From positions 247,008,001 to 247,072,000 of the forward strand of contig OZ024742.1 in assembly GCA_964016885.1 (NCBI GenBank): a stretch of 64,000 bases of DNA. The letters are read 5' to 3'. The notes under the pieces were generated by a model. That model was given only the letters and a program-made list of their open reading frames with translations. It searched no databases and was not told where the DNA came from. Of the stretch, positions 43,792 to 55,515 are shown piece by piece. This DNA is from Eledone cirrhosa (Eukaryota). A program made the translations under genes and the position numbers. Every line of letters begins with the position of its first letter. The stretch's first letter is position 1.

Positions 43792-45764
43792 GGCTCCTAG
43801 CCAGAATACTCAAACCCATCTTAGACACCTTGCCGGGACACGTTAACAGCTCCGAGGAGGTGTTGAAGCGCCTGCATCAAATGGATCCCGACACCAGAAA
43901 GAATAACAGATATGCCTTCAGCCTTGATGTAGTCGCTCTCTACACCTCGGTCCCGACACTCCCGGCCGTCAGTATACTGATGGAACGCGTCCAACCCACC
44001 GACCTACACTGCTTCGGGCTCACCGCCACTGACATCCACCAACTCCTATCCATCGTCGTCGACAACACCTACTTCGGATTCCTTGACCAAACATACCAAC
44101 ATCCCTCGGGACTGCCCATGGGATCAAGCCTGTCGGGTGTGCTAGCGATCTCTTACATGGACAGCCTCGAGCGCAAGGCACTCAACGCCTGCCACCCCAA
44201 CGCCGTCGCCTTTTTCTCAAGGTACGTGGACGATATCCTCATCCTCACATCTTCCCAAGACATGGCGAACAGAATCTATGAGACGTTCAACAACACGGAC
44301 GAGAACATTGACTTCAGTGTTGAACACCCCAACGACGACGGGTCACTTGCCCTCCTCGACTTCCGAATCAACATCACGGAACAGGGAGGGATCCACTGTA
44401 CCTTCTACCGAAAGGCAGCCTACAGGGACCTGTTCGTCCACTACAAGTCCGCCCTCCCTAACAGTGCCAAAAGAGGATACATCACGAACGAGATCGCGCG
44501 AATCAGAAACAGATGCAGCGATCCCGCAAGTGGTGTCACTCATACCAAGCGATTCCTCGAGGTGCTGGAGACGAACGGGTACCCTACCTCGCTCACAGAC
44601 AGAGTAGGAGACACCAGACACAAGAGACAGAGAGGCACCCAAGGCAAGTGCTTCCTTAAAATGCCACACCTGGGCGAGAATACCACCAACGCTATCCGCA
44701 AAGCTATACGGAGGGAGGGCCTCGACATCCACCTGGCTCACTCGGGCCCCTCCCTGCGAAGATGCCTCTCCAGGAAACCCGGGAAACCACTGAGGCGTGG
44801 TCCCTCAGAGACTGCCCGATACGCCATGCGAACTGTTGCCTACGCACATACGTCGTGTATAAGATAGAATGTAACAAGTGCAACCAATACTATATAGGTA
44901 GCACAATCCGGCCGTTGCACATCCGGATCAAGGAACACACTAAAACCAGGGCCTAGTCTTTCCGGAAACAGCCAAATGCGGAATCAAAGACGGAAGGCCC
45001 ATAGTCACAATTCTAGCGACAGAAAGAAACGTCGGCACGTTACGTATCAAGGAAACACTTTGGATCAAACGCCTAGGGCTACAATTAAATAACCGATCCG
45101 AGAGAAGCGAAATGAGGTGGTTGGTTTAAGTTAACAAACGATGCAGCAACACACGCACACACACACACAAGCGAGACAGCAACACACGCACACAGTAGCA
45201 TTCCACCATACGAACATACTACACTGCCAATACAGAAGAACAAGGCAACAACACACGCTCATACACACACAAGCGAGACAACAACACACACTCAGTAAGA
45301 TTCACCAAACAGGCAGAGAGTGGACTGACAGCTAGCGCCACCGCACTCCCACAATTGAAAGAACTACTTCGGCCGCTGACCTCTGCCTGACCGACCCCAT
45401 TTCACGCGCACGCGCGCTCTGCTGAATACCTCAGATATTCAAAACAACGAACAGCAGAGGACACGTTTTGCACCTTTCATACAGACAACCCCCCACCCCC
45501 CGGAAAATACCCCAGTTGATGGATGTGAATCCGAAATATATAGGGACAATTAAATCTCTCCCAAGGTAACTCTTTCTCGTGTTGTTATTTTTATTTTTAT
45601 CCTTTACGCTCTTTGCTTCATTCCTCTACACGTTACAGTCTTATACACGCCACGTATCTTAACGTACACCCACTTACATCTCTCTCTCCACTACCGGATC
45701 TTGTTACCCGGAGATTTACCCATCTGCATTGTCGAGGCTTCCAAACGACTTAAAGAAATTTACC
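43775..45764 (+). mobile_element. Penelope-like element, shorter arm of the inverted pair
   Basis: Near-identical reverse complement of 40967-42898; 345 aa RT ORF 43830-44867 with SLDVVALYTSVP and RYVDD; GIY-YIG frameshifted. Confidence 0.92.
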
Positions 45765-45834
45765 ATATATATATATATATATATAAATAAGAGGTATAAG
45801 TCAACATTTCTTAGTTTACTTCTCTTACAGGGAG

Positions 45835-45902
<68 letters not shown>

Positions 45903-46195
45903 ATTGCTCCTGGTATCGCCGATCGGCATGTGTTATTACAGGTAGGAAATTAACTTCAGTTTATCCAGTATACCAATTTAGATACATTAAATTTGTGGCT
46001 GAACATCGATCACGTCGCCTTAATTCAGTGATCTATGACGAATGCATTACATTCAGCATTAAGCCAGCACCTTGGGAAAAGCTACTGATTAATATAGAGA
46101 ATCTGAAGTATATGGAAAGGTAAAGAGAAACAATGAGGGCACGAGTTATATAAGGTTTTTATTTCGGTGTGCTTTAGTACGGAACCACTTGTAAA

Positions 46196-46450
46196 GGCGC
46201 GTGCCTTACTTCGTGGAGTGTTTTCTCATTGTGAGTTCAATTATCGGACCAAGCGGCATGTTATGTCCTTGAGTAAACATTTCATTCAATATTATTCCAG
46301 TCCATTTAACTGGAAACATATCTCGATGATACAGGTCCTTATCTGTATTGCCACTCCCCTTCCGCTCGCACAACATTGGTGGCGTGGTAAAAATTAGTTG
46401 TACCTGAAAATCAAAGGCCAGCCTTGTCACACTGAGTCATGCCGTATCTC
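46196..46450 (+). mobile_element. Degenerate tRNA/CORE-type SINE
   Basis: ggcgcgtg head, gagttcaat B-box-like motif, tgtccttgagtaaac core; related copies at 38522-38630 and 47443-47620. Confidence 0.55.
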
Positions 46451-47849
46451 CTTGGGGGAACTGGTATGACCGACTGCTGGTCTTCCACGAGAAACATATT
46501 GCTCAGACTTGGAGAGGAACTTTCGTGGTCAGTGATGAATGAATAATGTGGTGATCGTTGGGTTATAATCCATGTGTATTGGAAATATAATGTGAGTATA
46601 TTTTCTTGAGATTTGGCAGTGTTTTCATAAAGTTGATTAAACAGCATCCAACGGTCAGTCAAATATGAATGTAGCCAATAAAATTTATTGGATAAAAGCA
46701 CGCATCTTTTCAGTATACCATAACGCATAAGATATATTTTTACTGCCATGTTTATATTATGTCTACAGCCGATGGCTGTAGACATAATATAAATGTCACT
46801 AGACCGAGAGTCGCATATCTCACTGTGAAATATTCTCTTCTCTGGTGGGTGTAATGCTATCTATCTATAAATGTTTATTTATCTAAATATTGTTAATAAG
46901 ATCCTACACGATATTGAGAAGTAAAATACATATATGACATGGGAAATTAAGTTAAAATTTGAATTTTTTCAAACTTCTAACCACCACCAACCCCGTCAAC
47001 AAGAATACTATCAACTTCACCACCAACACCTTCCAATTTCTTTATCTGATTAACGTCAATGAAATTTGTATCTAATCTGTCTTCCCAAGCTATTTATATT
47101 CATGTAAGTTCGATAATCATCTAATCAAGATTCAGTAGTAGTAGTGGTGGTAATGACGGTGGCGGTGGTTGTGTTATTGGTAGTAGTGTGTCAGCGGTGT
47201 GTAAATGTGTTTCGACGATGAGGGGTTGATATTAAGATAGGAAATATGCATGCTTTATATAATATCATGTATTCCAATCATTATGTGATGAAATATTTCC
47301 TGAAATTGTATTAGAAATAAAAAAATACATAAAGATGGCGGCGAAATACAGGGGATATCGACATTTTTATACTGTTTAATCCATTATGGCCGTCATATAC
47401 GTGAGATTATAATTTAAAGGTGTACATAACCGAATAGTAAAGAGGCACGTGGTTTAGTGGGTAGAGTGTGAGGCTCATAATCATAATCTAGAAAAAATGA
47501 GTTGTACCTGTCATTCAAATGATCAGTCATGTAACACATTGTATTTCACTGGATTTTCCTAAGATTTATGCAAAGTGTACACGTGTTTATATAAAGCACT
47601 GTCACTTGCATGAGCTGGTTCTTCTGTTAGTCGGAAAACTGGAACACTCCTCGTCACAACCAAGGGAGTTCACCTTCCTCCTTCTTCATTGTCCACTTAT
47701 TCCTGGCAGAGTAATGGGCGCAGATATCCCAATCAGGCATACCAGCGGATGCTGTCAGAAACAACTGTCTCCACTTGATCCGGCTGTAACGAAACCAGCT
47801 GAGCTCATGGATGATATCCAACCATCTTGCTCAGGGTCTCTCGCCATTT

Positions 47850-48790
47850 GTTTTTTTGTCCAGTAAAATCTGTCTAGCGATTCTTTCTTTTTACATTCTG
47901 ACATGCCCATATTATCGGTGCTGCAATCAAGAGACAATGTCTTCTTTCCTTGTTTACCAGTATCAGATCAGGTCTTCTTGATGTGATATTCTCATCATAT
48001 TGTATGTTGAAGTTACATAAAAGCTTCACAGTTTGATTTTGCAGTACGGCCTTAGGCTTGTGCACATACCGTTTTTTGAGATCTCTCTAGCCAAAACGTT
48101 CCATACAGTTCCCAATGCATAATTCGTGCAACATTATCATGTCCCAGCTTGTACTCCTCCTGCGCCAATATACTATATGTACTATGTGGCTCACTGTTTC
48201 TCCTGTTATCCCACACGATCTGCACAATAGATACATTCCTCTATGGCCAATATTGAACTTTACATATTTTGTTAGTAATGCCTGCATCCGGGCTACACAT
48301 ATCAAAGTTTCTGTTCATATCAACCTTCAAATCTCTCTTCTTCACCCAGGTCCAGCCTTTTCTTTCTCTATCCTATCATTATAGTGTTATTTTTCAATAT
48401 CTTTAATCAATTGCCATGCACCCTTTTTTTCTCATTTTCTTATTCTGTCTACTGTCATTCTCTGAATTTATCTTTGCTCCTGTAGTTTTCTGAGCCTATT
48501 ACTTTAGCTTATCTCACATCAGTCAAGAACTTCTCATCGCTTAATATACTAATCAAGTCCATTTTCATCGCTTCTTATGCAGTCCACACATGTAATAAAC
48601 CACCTACTTTCATTGTTTCTAGCTGTATAGAATCTATCTACAACCCCGTTTGCATTAAATGCTCAAACATTGTTAGTCGTTTTCTTCCTGGCCTTCCTGT
48701 ATAATTATTTCATCACATCCCGTGTCCACTTTAGAATATTACACCTTCCTCTAATATTCACTTGCAAATGATTCCTTTATCTTTTCCCTG
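47850..48790 (-). mobile_element. Decayed RLE-type (R4/Dong-like) non-LTR retrotransposon fragment
   Basis: CRSCGITGETVSHIV zinc knuckle and RRPDLILVNK restriction-like endonuclease motif. Confidence 0.8.
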
Positions 48791-48811
48791 TTCGTAATCT
48801 CGCCCCAATTA

Positions 48812-49524
48812 TTATCCACCTGGAGGTCTGGTCAGAACCAAACCCCGAATAACGTTACCGGTCCGTCCATCCAAGTCTAGTTCTGGTGGAATCTTTGGAA
48901 TGAGAACGCTTACAGTTCTTTTTCCCATCTGGGAGGAGTACATAATGGCCTTCCTGGTTTTGCAAGGGGTCACTGAGTATGTTACAGCCAGGGTTTGTGA
49001 TTTAAACAGCACCGAGATGGTGCCGTATTCTGTACTCTTCACTATGTATTCTGTGTCAACTCTGATGTACCTTAGTGCAGCTTCGACTTCTGCCTGGGAA
49101 GTGTTGGTTGCTATTTTACTCTCCACTGAGATGCATCTAAAGATCACCGTTCTCCTCTCCACCGCTTTATGGTCCCTGCCTGGACGGTTAATTTGGCCCT
49201 TCTTTGCTGTTGTTTAATGAACTTCCATGCTTGCGCCAACTTCTCTCTTTTGAGAAAGGTCCATGTTAAAGCATGGCCTTTTTTGGCTACTGCAGCAGCG
49301 AAAGCGTTCTTGTTGTTATCCGTGTTGCTGGCCACATTGTTGTTAGTGTTGTTGTTGTTGTTATTTTCGTTGTTGTTTTTGCTGCCATTGTTTCTTTCGT
49401 CTGTCGTTTTGTTGTTGGTGCTGGTGCTTGTGATTTTGTTGTTGGCAATACTGCCTATATTTGTGCTAGGGGCGGTGTTACTTGGCCCAACGCCTGCACC
49501 GCTGTCACACGCCAGCAGACTCAA
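48812..49524 (-). pseudogene. Possible LINE ORF1 (gag-like) fragment
   Basis: Asn-rich leader, FAAAVAKK motif, then an RRM-like stretch ending VLIPKIPPEL; frameshifted. Family uncertain. Confidence 0.45.
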
Positions 49525-50896
49525 AGTTGATGATATTCTTAGTTATAATAATGATTACGGTAACGATGGATATTTTAATACTGAGGATGATGTTGAAAAT
49601 AATGTTAATGATGGTGACGATGATTGAAATAATGACTCTAATGATGGTAAGGATATTGATGATGATGTTGATGTATATCATGATGAAAGTGGTTCGACAG
49701 AGAGAGAAGACGACAGAAAATATACCAGACTTGAAAACGAAAGTAATGTAGGTCAATATTATCGACTACATTCATTTAAGGCAGTGTTCTAGCAGGACGG
49801 TAGTATAATAACAGAATCCAGTGAAAAAAAAAAAAGAATATGACATTACTATAAGACAGATGTCGTAAAGTACGTAGAATTACCGACAATTTCCAATGAG
49901 AAAGAATTAGTTATGGATGTTATCATTGAGTACAGCACCAATTGTCAAACGTGTTAGGAGGTAACAATATAGAATGCCTGCATTTAGTCTAGGCGGCGAA
50001 TTGGCTAAGGTGTTAAACCGTTGGATTAAATGGTTCGGAATATGTTACGGCTCTTTGCACTCTGTGTTTAAATACAGCTGATGTTAACTCTGCCTTTCAT
50101 TCTTTCGTTGTCGATAAATAAATGAATAAAGAGCTAGTGAGGGAGTGGCAGAGGGGTTGAATAACCGAACGAAAAGCCTTGTGTTATGGTATCTGATCCG
50201 GCTTCGTGAGTTCTGAGTTCAAATCCCACCTCTTACTGGCAGGGGTTGCGATCAATAGAGAGTATCAACAAGGAAAACAAAAAAGTTATGGAAACATCGT
50301 TTTCTCGGTTCGATCTGACGACTGGCACGTTTTATTTTCCTATTTAACATTGACTTCGGATAGCGGATGTGGTCAAAAGAAACATTTCATAAAAAACATC
50401 TTTACACACATAAACATAGAAAGAATATCTATTAAAAACACTGCCACAGTAGTTCTCCCGTCTTTAATCAATGCAGTTCTGTGATATCTATACAAAGCTA
50501 TCTATCTAATATCAATAGTAATTAGTGATATAGTGTGCGTGTATAGTGCTTGGCAAGTGTATCGAGTATGTGGTGTGGTGCCGGTATATATTGATATAGG
50601 TATTGGAGGTGTGTCTGAATATGATGGAATATCTGTATAGGTATGCATGTATGGTGAAGGCAACTCAGGAAACCGGGATAACTCTATAAAATATGCGGCT
50701 CAGTAGTTACCGATGATGTTGATCTTTTCTTCTTTTCGGGTTATAGCTACTGTTGCTCAGAGAGTGGGATTGGATCAGTGTACAGTCTTTCCTCACTTAA
50801 AACAATCTTCACGCACAGGCATTGCACGATAGAATTAATTAATAATGATTAATAATGGTATATCGTGCAATGGTCATACTCGATAACGAGGGGGCA

Positions 50897-50977
<81 letters not shown>

Positions 50978-51047
50978 TAACAGATTAAAGTTTAAGTAAA
51001 GAATCGCTGCTTTCACCCTTAACGGGATCTTCTGAAACTAACAAAGT

Positions 51048-51082
<35 letters not shown>

Positions 51083-51087
<5 letters not shown>

Positions 51088-51351
51088 CGGGTAAAATTCC
51101 CGAGATCCATGGACGAGTTCTCTCCAGCGGTCTCTGTCCCTCATTATCGCTGCCATGTCCTGTATCACCAACAGCTTGAGATCGGTGTGGGAGTCGGACC
51201 CACGTAAAGACCTGAAAATCCGCCTCTACATTGCTGCAGTGGAGTCTGTGCTGCTGTACGAGTCTGAGACTTGGACACTGACCAAGAAACTCACTCAGAT
51301 GGTGGATGGGTGCTACACGAGAATGCTGAGGATAGCTCTGAACATTAATCA

Positions 51352-51352
<1 letters not shown>
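51083..51352. mobile_element. RTE-like fragment with inverted 3' terminus, within (TA)n
   Basis: 51083-51163 is the reverse complement of 40271-40351; 51165-51352 is a forward RT fragment (VESVLLYESETWTLT). Confidence 0.8.
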
Positions 51353-51411
<59 letters not shown>

Positions 51412-51697
51412 AAATAACGAAACGAAAGTAAATTTCGTTTCGCTTCTAACTCACTTTTGTATGACTGACGCTTAAACAATTAAGTTAAAGTGTACGTCTA
51501 CATATGTATACGGAAGTACTAGTATGCATATAAATACACACATGTATACATATGTACATGTACCGAGTTTTTCACTAGACACTTTACAGTGAGTGTCCAG
51601 CTAGTCTGTATGTAAACAAACAGACGAACCGGGTTTTAAAGTCATACGAGTTTTCAAGGAAACACACTTCCTCTATTCCCCAGAGAGCCAGACAGGA

Positions 51698-51740
51698 ATA
51701 TTGGACTAGTTTCGATGTTATTACATCTCATCAGCAATAT
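51698..51740 (-). ncRNA. Minimal type I hammerhead ribozyme (canonical core, GUC site)
   Basis: atattg-CTGATGA-gatgt(aata)acatc-GAAA-ctag-TC-caatat. Confidence 0.88.
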
Positions 51741-52225
51741 ATACCTATCTTCCGGCTTCTCTGGAGAATTGTAAAAGCACATATCGTTATATGCTCTTTC
51801 TATGAAAATCAGTAGTGGGCAGGCTAATTTGCATAGAACGTGAGTCATTGTACGCGCCGGTTCAGCGGAAACGATAAAAACAAATAACGAAACGAAATTA
51901 AATTTCGTTTCGCTTCTAACTCACTTTTGTATGACTGACGCTTAAACAATTAAGTTAAAGTGTACATCTACATATGTATACGGAAGTACTAGTATGCATA
52001 TAAATACACACATGTATACATATGTACATGTACCGAGTTTTTCACTAGACACTTTACAGTGAGTTTCCAGCTAGTCTGTATGTAAACAAACAGACGAACC
52101 GGGTTTTAAAGTCATACGAGTTTTCAAGGAAACACACTTCCTCTATTCTCCAGAGAGCCAGACAGGAAAAAGCATATAACGATATGTGCTTTTACAATTC
52201 TCCAGAGAAGCCGGAAGATAGGTAT

Positions 52226-52268
52226 ATATTGCTGATGAGATGTAATAACATCGAAACTAGTCCAATAT
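52226..52268 (+). ncRNA. Minimal type I hammerhead ribozyme (inverted copy)
   Basis: Identical motif read on the plus strand. Confidence 0.88.
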
Positions 52269-52404
52269 TCCTGTCTGGCTCTCTGGAGAATAGAGGAAGT
52301 GTGTTTCCTTGAAAATTCGTATGACTTTAAAACCCGGTTCGTCTGTTTGTTTACATACAGACTAGCTGGACACTCACTGTAAAGTGTCTAGTGTACACTT
52401 TAAC

Positions 52405-52480
<76 letters not shown>

Positions 52481-52709
52481 ATAATACTATTTATAGTTAT
52501 GTATATACTATAATCAAGGAAAGGTCAATAATTTCCTACTACCTTCTAACCAGTAAGAGAAATAGCTCAATGTAAGAACATCAGTTGTTTTACAGAGCAG
52601 GAAAATAATTTATTTATATATATATATACATGTATGTATGTATGTATGTATGTATGTATGTATGTATGTATGTATGTATGTATGTATGTATGTATGTATG
52701 TATGTATGT

Positions 52710-53164
52710 AGGGCAAAGGAGCTCTTAAGAGTCAATGGCCATCCAAAATCACCGGGAGAGATGACACCTTAGCCTTTGTCAAGGCAGAATTCTAGGAGAA
52801 GGAAAACTCTGATATAACACATGCAACCCTGATGGTATCCAATGATGTTGACTTATTCTTCTTTTTGGTAAATATCATCTTGGTTAAGAGAGTGGGACTG
52901 GCTTTGTGCAGTGCCTTTGCTCACTATGAAAGCTTCACGGCACAGGCATTGCTTTATATCTGGAGATCTCTCTGCACTTGTCATCACATGGTACCATGGG
53001 CCCAGCACTATGTGTCAATAATTGTCACAAGTGTAATGTTTGTACCAGAGCTTTCAAGTCGCTGGCTGGACTAAAACGTCACACTTGTTCAGCGCATCGG
53101 TAGGGGTTCTCCTACATGGATATAAAGTAGTGGCCGTACTCGAAAACGAGTTGGCAGCCACCAT
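52710..53164 (+). mobile_element. Family X copy between (TATG)n tracts
   Basis: Matches 10332-10785. Confidence 0.85.
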
Positions 53165-53432
53165 GTATGTATGTATGTATGTATGTATGTATGTATGTAT
53201 GTATGTATGTATGTATGTATGTATGTATGTATGTATGCATGTATGTATGTATGTATGTATGTATGTATGTATGTATGTATGTATGTATGTATGTATCCTG
53301 AAGATACACAAGTATAGACATACATATGAGGGAGTCCAACAAATAGCAATTTTGCTCGATGAAGGAATTATTAAGAATCAATTATTCAGAGCATAATACA
53401 AATTATATTTAGGAAGCACAAATAAGATAAAC

Positions 53433-53506
53433 AAATATTTACCTGTTTCATTGAGCAACCTCAGAACATTTTTGGTGTAAAAATCTCAAATCATCAGGGA
53501 ACATTT
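53433..53506 (-). ncRNA. Hammerhead-like motif
   Basis: Minus strand CTGATGA-tttgag...ctcaat-GAAA-cagg-TA-aatattt; stem I register imperfect. Confidence 0.5.
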
Positions 53507-54092
53507 TCAAACATGAAAGAATTGAACTGAGTTGTCCCATTCAAAATTATCGCTGGTGTATCTGTTCCCACATGTGTGTATGTGTGTGGGTGGGGTGTAA
53601 CAGTGTCTTTATATATTGCTACACCCGAACGTTTCTGTGTGTGATATGTGTAATCTTGTGTGTGCCTGCATGTGTGCGTATGTTTGTGTGTCTTTTAAAT
53701 TGCTACTCCCGCAAATGTTTGTGTGTGTTTAACATTACTGCATATATGTGTCCTGCTACCATATCAAGGTGAAAATCGTATACATACACAGGATTAACGC
53801 AATGACCAAACAGATTTTAGCAGCCACCGATATAGCAGAAATTAAACCTTCCTTCAAAAGAAAACAAGGATGGAATAACAACAATGCCACAGCCTAGTGG
53901 CTGGTGACACCCTAGAATAGAATATACAATCGTGTACAAACAGATATAAACCCAGCCTCAATAGAAAGCAAGAACAGAATAATATTAACTTCATGAGTTA
54001 GTGAAGAGTGACAAAAAGTATTACTATTTATCTATCTATCTCTATTAGCCTAATTCTCCAATTCTTTCTATCTTTCTCCCCTTCTCTCACGT

Positions 54093-54163
<71 letters not shown>

Positions 54164-54216
54164 GTAAGTATGTATGTATACGTACATACATATATGTATA
54201 CAGACTCACAGTAGCA

Positions 54217-54260
<44 letters not shown>

Positions 54261-54415
54261 TACATACAGGTACACATACATATATGCACGCATCAGTTTA
54301 GCGGACGCTTATTATAACGCCGCTTTGTTCGTTTGTAAACAAACTGAACAGCCTGAATTTATGCCATACGGTGTTAAGGCAACCACGTCACCTTTTTGTT
54401 CAACACTGACACAGG

Positions 54416-54460
54416 AACGATGTACTAGTTTCAAGCTTGTTAGCTATCATCAGCACCGTT
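54416..54460 (-). ncRNA. Minimal type I hammerhead ribozyme (GUA site)
   Basis: aacggtg-CTGATGA-tagct(aaca)agctt-GAAA-ctag-TA-catcgtt. Confidence 0.88.
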
Positions 54461-54533
54461 TACCCATCTGCCAGATAGTTGAACGTTCGAAAGTATATAC
54501 TTTCCTTATGAAAATTAACGGCTGAGCAGCCTA

Positions 54534-54541
54534 ATTTGCAT
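54534..54541 (-). promoter_or_regulatory. Octamer motif ATGCAAAT (also at 51827-51834)
   Basis: Perfect octamer in shared context gcag(c/g)ctaATTTGCATa in both tandem families, upstream of the HHR on the minus strand. Confidence 0.5.
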
Positions 54542-54877
54542 ATTGAGTGAGTTAAATCGGTCAGGCATACCGAAAACGATAAGTTGAAAAAAATGAAAAC
54601 GAAATTTCATTTCTCACTCTTAGTATGGCACTTACTTAAATGTAAGTATGTATGTATACGTACATACAAATATGTATACAGACGTACAGTAGCATGCATA
54701 TATATATATATATATACATATATACATACAGGTACACATACATATATGCACGCATCAGTTTAGCGGACGCTTATTATAATGCCGCTTTGTTCGTTTGTAA
54801 ACAAACTGAACCGCCTGAATTTATGCCATACGGTGTTAAGGCAACCACGTCACCTTTTTGTTCAACACTGACACAGG

Positions 54878-54922
54878 AACGATGTACTAGTTTCAAGCTT
54901 GTTAGCTATCATCAGCACCGTT
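54878..54922 (-). ncRNA. Minimal type I hammerhead ribozyme (second tandem copy)
   Basis: Identical to 54416-54460, 462 nt away. Confidence 0.88.
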
Positions 54923-54983
54923 TACCCATCTGCCAGATAGTTGAACGTTCGAAAGTATATACTTTCCTTATGAAAATTAATTA

Positions 54984-55019
<36 letters not shown>

Positions 55020-55417
55020 ATTATATATATAAAAAACATGAGAAGAAAGAAGAATACTGCGTGGTTTGCACATGGGTTACATATGATAAAAATAGTGCTT
55101 CGTCAGTGATTTTCCAACCATCATTTGTATTTCATCGCATTAAAAATCAGATACCTCAGGTTGGTGCGAGCAATAACTAAAAGAAGTTATTGGGACCAGA
55201 ATTCGCGTAAGGCGAGGGGGACAAGTAAACAACATAGAAGGATAAAAGCATACCGAAGATAGGAAAATAAACAAGCAACATGGTTGTCCAGTCAGCATAA
55301 GCTGGGTGGATTTCATGAGCGAGAGAGGTACAGACCGTGTTGATGTGTGTGAGATGTGAGCAAGAAGAGACCCACACAAGCCAAACGGGAGGAAGTGAGA
55401 AGGGGAGAAACATATAA

Positions 55418-55512
<95 letters not shown>

Positions 55513-55515
<3 letters not shown>

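Larger units (their letters stand above)
51408..52410 (-). mobile_element. Non-coding 470 bp tandem element with hammerhead ribozymes (retrozyme-like family A)
   Basis: 51408-51877 is repeated at 51878-52168, then an inverted segment 52166-52410; (TA)n on both sides. Confidence 0.85.
54163..54980 (-). mobile_element. Non-coding ~462-478 bp tandem element with two hammerheads (retrozyme-like family B)
   Basis: 54163-54640 is repeated at 54641-54980; (TA)n on both sides. Confidence 0.85.
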
